Assembly (NCBI GenBank): GCA_963668645.2
Contig: CAXXWC010000001.1
Coordinates: forward strand, 64,001-128,000
Reading direction: 5' to 3'
DNA: 64,000 bases
DNA from: Desulfobacterales bacterium
GTDB lineage: Bacteria > Desulfobacterota > Desulfobacteria > Desulfobacterales > UBA2174
The position numbers were made by a program, and so were the translations under genes. Numbering within the stretch: the stretch's first letter is position 1; every line of letters starts with the position of its first letter. Under the pieces are notes generated by a model that saw only the letters and a program-made list of their open reading frames with translations, did not search any database and had not been told where the DNA came from. This document shows, in pieces, positions 39,568 through 49,895 of the stretch.

Positions 39568-40842
39568 TCACACCTCTTCCACAATAATCGGAACATTAAT
39601 AAGAAGAGGATAATGATCTGAAACTCTAATTGTATCAGTTTCAACTCTATTTCGCCTAATTCGTCCTTTAGCATCCTTCGGTTGGATAGAATAATACAAT
39701 GGGCCAGCAAAGGCATAATCGACTGTCAGTGTAGGGTCTTCTTTTAATCCTTTAGCTTTTGTTTCGCCTTCACATAAGTTTAAAAAATTTCGCTTGATTA
39801 TGTACTCAAATTCGGTAGATTGAGGAGTAAAATTAAAGTCACCAGTTACTATCCAAACTGGTTTATGACGGTCTTTGGTTTCGTATTCCTTGTTCACTGG
39901 GTAGTCCTCATCTCTCAATTTATAATCTTTTTGTTGCTTCCACGAGTTATATCTTGAAATTATGTCATTAAAAACGATTTCAAGCTGTTTAAGGCGACGT
40001 TGTCCGGCTTTTTCATCAATTGCAGGAATTCCTTCTCTTTCATGCGATAATGTAGTTAAATGGAGGTTTATAATGAAAAGGTCCAGTGGTGATTTCAATG
40101 AGTCTTGTCTGCTCGTTTTTTTCCCATCAAGTACTAAATGAGTGACAATTGCTGCGCGTGGCTCAGTATTTCGATCGCCAAAATATAACCCCTGTTCAAC
40201 AAATACGACCTCTGAAGCATATTCAATATCTCCAACATTTCCTGAATTGATTGTTTCGAAAGCACTACTGTTGTCATTTTCACAAGTATCGTCTATACCT
40301 ATCCCATCACAGCCTTTTTGCATTTTCTTAAATTCATCAAGTGTAATATTAAGTTTAGGGATACTCCAGACTGGAAAAAGTGCGAGGTCGTCTCTCACCA
40401 AGATGGCATTTCCTTGTGCAAAATATGCCTTCCGGCTCCAATTTCCAACTCTTTGAATTTTATTCCATTTGGCTCTGGCTGAAAATTTTGTAGTATTAAT
40501 GAGAGGGAAAAAATGAAATTTATAACCCATCTTTTTAAAAAACTCTTCCGAAACAATATCTTTAGGATTCTCAAAATCCCCATTTTCTTCAAACTGGACA
40601 ACTTCTTGTAATGTCAAAACATGTGGTTTGGGATAAATTGTTTCAATTAAGTTTTTTAGGGCATTTTGCAATCTAAACTGAAATTGTTCTCTACAATGAA
40701 ATAAGGAATCATTAGTATTGCCGAATTCATTAATGGGAGGCTTATAGTCAGGAACGCTTGGCAATTCAAAAAATTTTGCTCCCCCAACATTCCAATTGAT
40801 TAATTTAAAATCCATACTAATTGAACGCTTTATCCGGTTCAT
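39568..40842 (-). CDS. Endonuclease/exonuclease/phosphatase (EEP) family protein, AT-rich
   Basis: NWNV, LQE, NLHL, GDFN, VDY and SDHYP catalytic motifs; RBS AGGAGG. Confidence 0.85.
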   Translation of the reverse strand: MNRIKRSISMDFKLINWNVGGAKFFELPSVPDYKPPINEFGNTNDSLFHCREQFQFRLQNALKNLIETIYPKPHVLTLQEVVQFEENGDFENPKDIVSEEFFKKMGYKFHFFPLINTTKFSARAKWNKIQRVGNWSRKAYFAQGNAILVRDDLALFPVWSIPKLNITLDEFKKMQKGCDGIGIDDTCENDNSSAFETINSGNVGDIEYASEVVFVEQGLYFGDRNTEPRAAIVTHLVLDGKKTSRQDSLKSPLDLFIINLHLTTLSHEREGIPAIDEKAGQRRLKQLEIVFNDIISRYNSWKQQKDYKLRDEDYPVNKEYETKDRHKPVWIVTGDFNFTPQSTEFEYIIKRNFLNLCEGETKAKGLKEDPTLTVDYAFAGPLYYSIQPKDAKGRIRRNRVETDTIRVSDHYPLLINVPIIVEEV

Positions 40843-41217
40843 TCTCAACCTCCTTGCGGCATATTTTCAAACACATGACCACTCGAACAAATACGGAACT
40901 CTACTTTACGATATGCATTCTTCAGAATAGAATTAAGCTCTTTGAATTTTATTGGATCTGGACAAAATACTAAAACATCGCCTCTTCCTCCTGCTCCCAA
41001 AGGAAAAGACTCAGCACCAAATTGCTCACACTGACCTTGAATTTCCTAACAAGGCTTACACATATAATCTTCACATAATTTAATCCTTATCCGTCGATAT
41101 TCTCTGATAGAAAAATTTACACGATCCCAATCTTTTGTCCTTAAGCCCTCTCTGTAATCATATGCCGTCTTTAATTTTTTTTGACGTAGATTCAATCCAG
41201 AGTGATCCATTAATTTT

Positions 41218-41327
41218 GACAAGCTCATAAAAAGTCCAAAAAATGCCATTTTCCTAATTTTGGACTTAATGATTTCAATGTGTTACAGCGATGAAAATTT
41301 CAAAATCTGACTTTTTACGAACGAGTC
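41218..41327. mobile_element. 110-bp MITE
   Basis: IR GACAAGCTCATAAAAAGTC / GACTTTTTACGAACGAGTC; DR AATTTT at 41212-41217 and 41328-41333. Confidence 0.75.
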
Positions 41328-41555
41328 AATTTTTGTCGCCATACTTCATTTACATCGGAACTGTTTCTTGATTTGTTACTGTGATAAATGGCCAAGCGTT
41401 TCTCAAGCTCTCCATGATCTTTCTTTTCTATCAAAGTATCGCGAATCGAAGTGCCATAGCTACTTGAATTACCGGGGGTCCCCCATGGAAACCATATATA
41501 ATCAGTAACTCCACCATAAAGCACACAAGATTGTTCTTGTGTACCAGTTATACTA

Positions 41556-42112
41556 GTTTCCGTCCATAAATCGCCAAAATCAGCCGCCCGAGGACCCTGC
41601 AAAGAGGCGGCAGGCGAATAATCTCGAAAGAATTTAGCAAAAAACAAGCCCTTAACAGCAAATGTTACTATTCACCCTAAAATCCGGGAACACCTCACCT
41701 GTTGGCTTTACGTGTCGAACGGGTGCCGTACCGTCAGGCCAACTGTTTGCGGGCAATCGTAAGCAGGTTGGCCGAAACGATCGACGCCCAAACATAACTC
41801 TGGAACGATCGCCATCCTTTCCAGGTGCACCGATCCAGCCCCAGACTGCGCTTGAGCCAGGATATGCCCGCCTCAATGCCGGCCCGGAAACGACGAAGGC
41901 GCTTGTACACATGCTGGCTGCGGCACATCTTCTCCGGTTCCAGACCGCGTTTTTTGGAAAAGCAAACGTCTTTGATTCCTTTGTCCTTGGCGGCCTTCAG
42001 ATTCGCCTTGGAAGCAAACCCTCCGTCCAGGGCGACTTTGAGCGGGCAGCGCCCATAAATTATTTCTTGCCGATCGAGCATCGTCTGGGTCAAAGTCGCA
42101 GCGGATGGACAC
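41556..42112 (-). mobile_element. Internally deleted IS (ISNCY/IS5-like DDE C-terminus), 557 bp
   Basis: 7-bp DR TATACTA at 41549-41555 and 42113-42119; ends GTTTCCGTCC / GGATGGACAC; fragment DGGF...RAGIEAGISWLKR. Confidence 0.8.
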
Positions 42113-42248
42113 TATACTAATCCCCATATCCTGCTCAAGCATTAAAGCCATCGCAACAATTTGGTCAACCGTGAAAGCGAAAATGGAGGCGCTGGGCGTA
42201 ACCGCGTCCTACAAGCCGGCCGAGAGTGAGCAATTATTCTAAATATGG

Positions 42249-43139
42249 TCACCGGGCTTGTCTAACAAACCGTTCAAATTGTGGTTCGCTGCGCTCACAC
42301 AATCTAACCTTATTCGTTATGTCACTACTTTTTGTACCAAGAACATCCGTTTGTTTAAGACTTGGGCTAAGAATGGAAGCCCCTACCTTTTGAGCTCTAA
42401 ACAAAATACAAGGAAGGGTTTTGTGTAATTGGTTTTTACAGAACAATTTGGCATTTTTCTTTACAGTTGGATTAATCCTGGCCCTGCCATCTCCTAACAA
42501 GGAAAACATTCTTATTCCTGCAGTAACTCCTATCGTGTGACAGCCTCCAAATATCAGGATGGATTTTTTTTGATTGTTTGGGCTAATAATTCGTTCGATG
42601 TATCCATAATCAATTTCTTTATTGCGGTCATAATACTCATTATCATTAAATTTATCATAGATGGTTATCTCGTCAGGGGCATCTAATGATTTATCTCCAA
42701 AAAATGGACTTCTGTAGGTAAACCGTGTCTCTCCCATCTCTAATATTCTTTTTGTCATTAAATTGTAATCAGGACCACCGACAAATATCATATTGTCTGT
42801 GAAATCTAGTTTAGAAGACATAGCTTCACCAGATGACAAAAATTTTAAATCGATATTTGGGTATATTCTTATAAGCGTAACTGAGAGTTCAAAAAATGCA
42901 TCGACATCACCGTATTTTAATAGATAGATAAATTCTCTTTCCTCTGGCCACTGCCTTTTCTCAGGGTCATCACCTTCCGAACAGACAATTATTACAGTCT
43001 CCCCGTCTTTGTATTTCCAGAATTTTCTCAACTTTCTATATTTAAAAAATCTTTTTAATCGAAATGAGGCTCCTATTGCACTAGAAATAGATAATACTAC
43101 CGCATAAGCGCTAACGATAAATGCAATTATTTCTAGCAT
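42249..43139 (-). CDS. Hypothetical protein with N-terminal TM helix
   Basis: 296-aa AT-rich ORF; NMIFVGGPDYN, DYGYI and FGGCHTIGV motifs. Confidence 0.75.
   Translation of the reverse strand: MLEIIAFIVSAYAVVLSISSAIGASFRLKRFFKYRKLRKFWKYKDGETVIIVCSEGDDPEKRQWPEEREFIYLLKYGDVDAFFELSVTLIRIYPNIDLKFLSSGEAMSSKLDFTDNMIFVGGPDYNLMTKRILEMGETRFTYRSPFFGDKSLDAPDEITIYDKFNDNEYYDRNKEIDYGYIERIISPNNQKKSILIFGGCHTIGVTAGIRMFSLLGDGRARINPTVKKNAKLFCKNQLHKTLPCILFRAQKVGASILSPSLKQTDVLGTKSSDITNKVRLCERSEPQFERFVRQAR
42260..42322 (+). other. attC-like integron recombination site
   Basis: GTCTAAC-AAACC-GTTCAAAT...TTCGCTGCGCTCAC...ATCTAAC-CTTATTC-GTTATGT fits the R''-L''-L'-R' layout with an extra C in L''. Confidence 0.65.
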
Positions 43140-43185
43140 ATCTTATAATTCTTTCTATTAAATCCATAAAAATTACAAAAAGTTA

Positions 43186-43815
43186 TTACAAAACGAAAAA
43201 ATTTGATTCTTTTAGCTTACCTCTCCAATTCTTATAATGGCAAATCTCATTAAAACCATAAGCAATATGAAAAGAAGGAAGGTCTTTCGATAACACTGAA
43301 CCTGCACAAACATATGACTTTTTACTGAGTCTTATCCCTCCCAATAGGGTCGAATTAAAACCAACAAAAACATCATCCTCCAAAATAGGAGGGGATTCAG
43401 CAGCTTCATCTGCATCCCATGGCACGCTTGGATCAATATGAATATGAGCAAAACCACCAAATATACGACAACGATTTCCTATAATTGCTCTCTCACCAAT
43501 AATCGATGCAATAATGCAATCATCACCTACTTTAACCTGGTTTTGTAATAATGCTCTATTCATCAGAATTGTATTTTTACCTACCACTACATTGCATTCG
43601 ATTTTGCAAAAATCATCTATTTTACAATTTTTATCTACAATGGATCCTTGTCCGATTATACAAAAGTCTCCAATATGAACATTGTTTTTAATAATTGTGA
43701 GTGTATCAGCCTTAATACTTCCTTCAAAAAGAGGCCGAAATAGCTTACCTATAATTGCTGATCCACTAATTTTAGAATCTGGAGCTATTTCGCACTTTCC
43801 TATTACTTTAGCCAT
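43186..43815 (-). CDS. Hexapeptide-repeat (left-handed beta helix) acyltransferase
   Basis: Repeated [LIV]Gxxxx units; PILEDDVFVGFNSTLLGG. Confidence 0.85.
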   Translation of the reverse strand: MAKVIGKCEIAPDSKISGSAIIGKLFRPLFEGSIKADTLTIIKNNVHIGDFCIIGQGSIVDKNCKIDDFCKIECNVVVGKNTILMNRALLQNQVKVGDDCIIASIIGERAIIGNRCRIFGGFAHIHIDPSVPWDADEAAESPPILEDDVFVGFNSTLLGGIRLSKKSYVCAGSVLSKDLPSFHIAYGFNEICHYKNWRGKLKESNFFVL

Positions 43816-43850
43816 AATCGTATCATTGCATTCAAAGCATAATTAATCGG

Positions 43851-44690
43851 TTAAAATTCTTGCAAAGCGTTTTCTATTAAAATATCAAATATTTGATGTT
43901 TATTTTTTAAAGATACTTCTGAAGTACCATCGGGGTCTCTAATCTCCATAAATCCATGATCCATATTTTCAATTTGGAACAGCTTGATGTTTTTTAAGTT
44001 TTCAATCGCTTTCTGAGAAATTTCAATTGGCACAATTTGATCCTTTGTTCCATGTATAATCACAGTTGGCTGAGTTATTTTAGAAAGAATGTCTTTTGGT
44101 TTAATGAGCTTCATCTCTTCTATAAATCTAATATCTAGCCAGATTTGTTCATCAAAAAGTATCTGTCCCGTTCTAAACATATTTTTTTTTGTCACTTCAT
44201 TATAAAACGTGCATGCAAATTCAGATTTTCCCATTAAAAGTGTTTCTTCAAAATCTAATCCGGGTGCAAGTAGACCGATACTTCGTATTTTTGAAGGGTA
44301 ACTTTTTGCTAATGATAGGGCACTACAGGCACCAAAACTTGTCCCAATAACATGTATTCCGTTATATTTACGGCAATTTTTTAAAAACTTGTGTATCGAT
44401 TTAACGACTGTCTTTGAGTCAATAATTGATCCAATTATGCTTATATCTCTAGAATTGCCATCGCTTTTGCCATGTCCACGCAAATCGAACCTAATTGATG
44501 CAATATTTTTATCAAATAAAAACTTTGAAAACTCTAAATATAAATTTAAATATTCGTTTTTATCCACGGATAATCCATGTATAAGTAATAATGCAATTTT
44601 TGACGAAGCTGGCTCAGTTACTTCAACATCTAGGGAAAAGCCATCTGGTGTGGTAACTTTATAAAAAGTTATATTGGAATGTTTCATCAT
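43851..44690 (-). CDS. Alpha/beta hydrolase
   Basis: IHGL, FDLRGHGKS, GTSFG nucleophile, HGTKDQIVP, DHGF. Confidence 0.88.
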   Translation of the reverse strand: MMKHSNITFYKVTTPDGFSLDVEVTEPASSKIALLLIHGLSVDKNEYLNLYLEFSKFLFDKNIASIRFDLRGHGKSDGNSRDISIIGSIIDSKTVVKSIHKFLKNCRKYNGIHVIGTSFGACSALSLAKSYPSKIRSIGLLAPGLDFEETLLMGKSEFACTFYNEVTKKNMFRTGQILFDEQIWLDIRFIEEMKLIKPKDILSKITQPTVIIHGTKDQIVPIEISQKAIENLKNIKLFQIENMDHGFMEIRDPDGTSEVSLKNKHQIFDILIENALQEF

Positions 44691-44718
44691 ATTGGTTCCT
44701 TATGAATTAGCTTAAATC

Positions 44719-45764
44719 TTATGCGGTATCGATTGTTCTTTTTAAAATCGTATTATCAACTGGTGTAGAGTCGCAATATCTTATCCAATCCTTATTATCC
44801 ATTTCCAATTTTTTAATAAATTCCACACATTCATATGCTGTTACTGATTTATTTATTTTTAGAGCCATATCAATATTTTTTTTATTTTGTAATCTGAAAA
44901 TAGATCTAAAAATTCAAAAAGTTTTTGCCTTCTGGATCGGATAAAATTATCCCAAACAGCCAAACTATTTCGCAAATGATAAAGCTTATTCCAGATTAAG
45001 GCATATAGACAATCGGCGATTATTTCCCCGAACTCTTGAAAAGCGGCTCGGTGTGGATTTGAAAACGGATCATACTCTAGTTGCTGTATATTTCCAAATG
45101 AACAAATATCCTTTTTCAAAATGAATGGTAACATAAAAAGCCAATCTTCATTATATATTTGTGGAAAAAATGAACATATATTTTTAGTAGTCAAAAATAA
45201 AAAGCTACCGCTAATAAATGTTTGAACAGGAATATTTGAAGCGCGTTCTAAGTGCCCAAAAATTGAAGTGTCTGGGTAATCTTCTACAAAACAGCCTGCG
45301 ACGGAATAATAGTCAAGACATCTGCAACCCTTTTCTAATACTTCAGGAGAAATTCCCCTTATATCATCATCTATCAAGACTATTTTTTGGAAATTATTTA
45401 ACATGGAATAATTAATTGCATAATTGCGTTTAATTGGTAGATCCCAATTTGAAAAGGAATCTTCTATAAATTTATATCTAGTTGTTTTAAACTCATTGAA
45501 TAGGTGACTCACCTTTGAATAAAAAGGATTAAGTATTTCAATGTCCATGTTATTTGCAAAATCTATTTTATAAATATCTGATACATCTGATGGCAAAAGA
45601 TAAATCTTATCCTGATACCATTTCATCTGATTTAACAACTCATTTACATTGCTATAATTACTTTTAAACGGGATAAAAAGACCGTCCAAGTCTATCTGAC
45701 CATAACTATCTATTCCAGATAGAATATTAATTAATAGCCGTGGATTTTGTATCTTTTTTATCAT
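44719..45764 (-). CDS. GT-A/GT2-like protein with a probable homopolymer frameshift near the C-terminus
   Basis: KRN, LIDDD and FFPQIYNEDWLF motifs. The ORF stops at 44859; one more A in the A8 run (44876-44883) extends it to 44719. Confidence 0.65.
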
Positions 45765-46029
45765 TTTACAAGCTACTATTTTCCTATTTAGTCTATCTCT
45801 TCAACATAACTGCTTGTTTACCATCCGGGGACACAATGCGAATGTTTCTTTTAACTACGTCGAACTCGGTATGGCCTATAAAAAAGGCCTCCCCTGGTTC
45901 CCGGTCGAGTGTGTAACAAATTGTTAATTGTCTGTCTCTATTCAAATCTTTCTGCATGCATTTCAAGAAACTTTTTACATTCTTCTGAATTCTTAAAGCG
46001 ATCATTTTCAAATTTTTTTATTCTTTTAT

Positions 46030-46144
46030 CTGGTTATGCAGCTCGCTCCAGCTAATTTGCCAGCGCTGGATGCGCCGCTTCCCATACGATCTGGCAACGC
46101 GGCCTTTGAATCGATTTTGCAACTTAACCAAACTGCATAACCAG
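46030..46144. mobile_element. 115-bp MITE (IS4-like ends)
   Basis: Perfect 12-bp IR CTGGTTATGCAG; 10-bp DR ATTCTTTTAT at 46020-46029 and 46145-46154. Confidence 0.8.
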
Positions 46145-46321
46145 ATTCTTTTATTACATCCAGGGGAGCACCTTTCTCATCCGAGCCAAGGCTATGATTC
46201 CGTATGTAATCATGTTGGACTACCGCTCCAGTTCATATGTACTTTAAATCGAAATTGGCGGTGGTCGCAATACCTCATTTGCTATATTCGCCAACTGATC
46301 TACCCTTTAAAAGATGTCTAA

Positions 46322-46420
46322 TTCCAATTTGCATTCAAGCCGATGGCAAAGATTTGGTAAAATACTATAAAACAGAATAGTTAAACTTTATTTAGAAATC
46401 ATCTCGGTCGCAAATTGGAA
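46322..46420. mobile_element. 99-bp MITE-like element
   Basis: Perfect IR TTCCAATTTGC/GCAAATTGGAA with TAA on both sides. Confidence 0.6.
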
Positions 46421-46945
46421 TAAGCAGCCAAGTGACGCCATTTACGGCGTCCATTTGCTCCTCTTTTATTGCAAGTATTCGATGCCAGAAGCCTCTAAGA
46501 CAACAAAAAGCCATCAACCGGTTCTCTTGACGATTGGAGTTTTAGGGCAAACCTTGCCATGGCTCCTCCAGTTTTTTATTTACTTAAGTTAACGAGCCAT
46601 AGCAAAGCCACTTAAAACCGTCAACCCATATTTTAACAACAGGTGATAATTCGAATGTCCTGATCGCGGATTCAATCCGCTCTCACAGCCTTGAAAGCCT
46701 TGTTGCCCTTCTTGTCCTTTTGCCCGACTAGGGAATTGATATTGTTGTTTTTCTCTGTGCCCTCTGTGTCTCTGTGGTGAAACTGGTTCTTTCCAGCCCT
46801 TGTCCTGCCGCTGTGCCAAAGTGATGATCCTCCACTGACTCTTTGATGGAAATCCGTTTGATTTTTCTTTCTCGATCTTTTATTTTAGGATACAGCGTCA
46901 GAATAAAATAAAGACAAACCATATTTTAGGTTCGAGGCGGGCAGG

Positions 46946-48115
46946 ATGAAGCGAAAACTTCAAGGCAGATACGTGACCATATCGACGGCGGGGGAGAAGG
47001 CCAAAGCCTTCGTGCCTGCATCACTGCCGCCGCGTCCACCCATCGACTGGATCCCGGAACTGCGCGACAAGTTCGATCAGGCGCTTCTGGCTCTCGGGCG
47101 GCTTGACAGCGTTTCGACCCTGCTGCCGGACACATCACTGTTCCTCTACATGTATGTTCGCAAGGAGGCGGTGCTTTCCTCCATGATCGAGGGAACCCAG
47201 TCCTCGCTGTCAGACCTGCTGCTGTTTGAGCTGGATCAGGAGCCCGGCGTGCCGCTGGATGACGTGCGGGAAGTCAGCAACTATGTCGCCGCCCTTGACC
47301 ATGGTCTGCGCCTGCTGGAAAAAGGACTGCCTCTTTGTCTGCGCTTGTTCCGCGAAATCCATGGCGTGCTGCTGACCAAGGGCCGGGGCAGCCATCAGAC
47401 CCCGGGCGAATTCCGGCGCAGCCAGAACTGGATCGGCGGCACCCGGCCGGGCAACGCGGCCTTCGTTCCGCCTCCAGCCGAAGAAGTCCTGGAGTGCATG
47501 AGCAAGCTGGAACTCTTTCTGCACGACCAGCCGAAGCCGACTCCGGTGTTGCTCAAGGCAGCGCTGGCGCATTTACAGTTCGAGACGATCCACCCGTTCC
47601 TCGATGGTAATGGCCGCCTTGGGCGTCTGTTGATCACCCTGTTGTTTTGCGAGCAGAAGGTGTTACGAGAGCCGATGCTCTACCTCAGCCTCTACTTCAA
47701 GTCGCACCGGCAATATTACTATGAGTTGCTCAACACCGTGCGCATGACCGGCGACTGGGAAGCCTGGCTCGATTTCTTTGCCGAGGCGGTGATCGTTACC
47801 GCCACTCAGGCGGTGGAAACCGCTCAGCAGCTTCTCGACCTGTCGAACCAGGATCGCGACAAGATCAGCGGCCTGGGCCGAGCGGCGGCCTCCACCCTGC
47901 AGGTCCACCGGGCACTCATGGAGCACCCCATAGCCACCTCGGACTCGCTGGTGAAAAAGACAGGGATTACCCCGGCAACCGTCAACAAGGCGCTCGGCCA
48001 TCTGGAACGGCTCGGCATCGTCAAGGAACTGACCGCTCGGAAACGCAACCGCCTGTTCAGCTACGCAGGCTATATCAAAATCATGAGTCGCGGTACGGAA
48101 CCGCCGGGCAGGTAG
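46946..48115 (+). CDS. Fic family protein with C-terminal HTH
   Basis: HPFLDGNGRLGR; EAVLSSMIEGT inhibitory motif. Confidence 0.93.
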   Translation: MKRKLQGRYVTISTAGEKAKAFVPASLPPRPPIDWIPELRDKFDQALLALGRLDSVSTLLPDTSLFLYMYVRKEAVLSSMIEGTQSSLSDLLLFELDQEPGVPLDDVREVSNYVAALDHGLRLLEKGLPLCLRLFREIHGVLLTKGRGSHQTPGEFRRSQNWIGGTRPGNAAFVPPPAEEVLECMSKLELFLHDQPKPTPVLLKAALAHLQFETIHPFLDGNGRLGRLLITLLFCEQKVLREPMLYLSLYFKSHRQYYYELLNTVRMTGDWEAWLDFFAEAVIVTATQAVETAQQLLDLSNQDRDKISGLGRAAASTLQVHRALMEHPIATSDSLVKKTGITPATVNKALGHLERLGIVKELTARKRNRLFSYAGYIKIMSRGTEPPGR

Positions 48116-48452
48116 GTCGATTCCGGTTCTCAAAATCGAACCGGCGCCCAAAAAAAAAGCGCGTGATAACGGCGGGCTCCTCGATATTTTTCCTTCTTTC
48201 TCTGTGTTCTCCGTGTCTCTGTGGTGAAAACGGTTTTTCCAGCCCTCGTCCCGGTTGTGTCCGTTTTTTTATCTCCGCGCCTCAGCGCCTCTGCGGGAGT
48301 CCAAACATATCCCCACACCAACATCATCCCCACTTTGCAACCCTCCGCTGAAAGCGGTTGCCAGCCGATCCGCGCCGGTGCTATAGGGTTTAATTTACTA
48401 CAAACGCCAATGAAGTTCGCTCCAGCCAAGAGCGTCCGACGGAAGCGAAAAA

Positions 48453-49895
48453 ATGCCCGATGCACCTGAAAACCCACCCGTAAAGGAATACCTGCGCCGC
48501 CTGCCCGGAATCGACGTGCTGCTCTCGGCGCTCGGCGGCCAACCGTCACGCGATGAGGTCCCCCCGGCCCTGATCACCCGCATGGCCCGCCAGACCGTGG
48601 CCGAACTACGTCAGGAGATCCTGGCCGGAGAGATCCCGGACCCGGATGCAGCCCTGACCCTGGACGCTGTGGCACAGCGTGTCCGCCACGCCCTCACCCT
48701 GGCCCTGCGCCCCCGTTTGCGGCGCACCGTCAATGCGGCCGGGGTCGTGGTGCACACCAACCTGGGCCGCAGCCTGCTGGCCGAAGAAGCCATCGAACGG
48801 CTCTGCGAGGTGGCCCGGCGCTACTCCAACCTGGAATACGACCTGGAACGCGGCCGGCGCGGCTCGCGCTACACTGCGGTCCACGATCTTTTGTGCGAGA
48901 TCACCGGGGCCGAAGCCGCCATGGTGGTCAACAACAACGCCGCCGCGGTGCTGCTCTGCCTGGAAACCATGGCCGCCGGACAGCCGGTGGTGGTCTCGCG
49001 CGGCGAGCTGGTGGAGATCGGCGGCGCTTTCCGGATTCCGGACGTGATGGCCAAAAGCGGGGCCCTGTTAAAAGAAGTGGGCACCACCAACCGCACCCAC
49101 CGGCGCGACTACGTGCAGGCTATCACCGACGAGACGGCCCTGCTGCTCAAGGTGCATACGAGCAACTACGCCCTGGTGGGTTTTACCGCCGAAGTGCCCC
49201 TGGCCGAGCTGGTGAAAATCGGCCGGGAGCGCGGTATCCCGGTGATGAACGATCTGGGGTCGGGTAATTTCATCGACCTGACCGCCTACGGGCTCCAGAG
49301 CGAACCCACGGTCCAGGAGACCGTGGCCACCGGGGTGGATCTGGTCACTTTCAGCGGCGACAAGCTGCTGGGCGGCCCCCAGGCCGGCATCATCCTCGGG
49401 CGGGCCGAGTATATCGAGCGCATCCGCAGCAACCCCATCAACCGGGCCCTGCGCATCGACAAGCTGACCCTGGCGGCCCTGGAAGGGACCCTGCGCCTCT
49501 ACCGCGATCCGGCCAGGGCCGTGGCCCAGGTCCCGACCCTGAGGATGCTCACCGAACCGGTCGAATCCATCGAACGCCGCGCCCGCACGCTGGCCCAAGC
49601 CCTGGAGGCCCTGAATGCCGCCGAGCTGCAAGTCTCGCTCCACGACGGGGTTTCCAAGGCCGGCGGCGGAGCCCTGCCCCTTCTCGATCTTCCCAGCCGG
49701 CTGGTGGGGGTGCGCATGGCCGGCCTTCCGGCCGAATCCATCGAGCGCCGCATGCGGGCCAGCGACCCGGCCATCATCGGGCGCATGGAGAACGACCTTT
49801 TTCTCATGGACCTGCGCACCGTGGCCGAGGACGAAATCCCGATTATCGTGGCGGCCATTAACACATTGATCCAAGGCGAGACCGATGACTCCTGA
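48453..49895 (+). CDS. selA: L-seryl-tRNA(Sec) selenium transferase
   Basis: HTNLGR, VVNNNAAA, SRGELVEIGG, FSGDKLLGGPQAG. Confidence 0.96.
   Translation: MPDAPENPPVKEYLRRLPGIDVLLSALGGQPSRDEVPPALITRMARQTVAELRQEILAGEIPDPDAALTLDAVAQRVRHALTLALRPRLRRTVNAAGVVVHTNLGRSLLAEEAIERLCEVARRYSNLEYDLERGRRGSRYTAVHDLLCEITGAEAAMVVNNNAAAVLLCLETMAAGQPVVVSRGELVEIGGAFRIPDVMAKSGALLKEVGTTNRTHRRDYVQAITDETALLLKVHTSNYALVGFTAEVPLAELVKIGRERGIPVMNDLGSGNFIDLTAYGLQSEPTVQETVATGVDLVTFSGDKLLGGPQAGIILGRAEYIERIRSNPINRALRIDKLTLAALEGTLRLYRDPARAVAQVPTLRMLTEPVESIERRARTLAQALEALNAAELQVSLHDGVSKAGGGALPLLDLPSRLVGVRMAGLPAESIERRMRASDPAIIGRMENDLFLMDLRTVAEDEIPIIVAAINTLIQGETDDS

Larger units (their letters stand above)
40845..42180 (-). pseudogene. 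GHMP-kinase-like pseudogene (5'-truncated, two insertions, one in-frame TAG)
   Basis: Removing both insertions gives one frame: LEQDMGISITGTQEQSCVLYGG...WRQKLMDH...C*EIQG...PLGAGGRG. Confidence 0.7.

Noticed and set aside
45793..46320. Gene interrupted by the 115-bp MITE
   Set aside because: Removing the element does not restore a continuous frame; at most an unassignable remnant.
46424..46472. Second attC (hairpin GACGCC-ATTTAC-GGCGTC)
   Set aside because: No convincing RYYYAAC/GTTRRRY boxes even after removing the adjacent MITE.
48120..48452. tRNA-Sec or other tRNA as the island integration site upstream of selA
   Set aside because: No cloverleaf or T-loop/CCA pattern seen.
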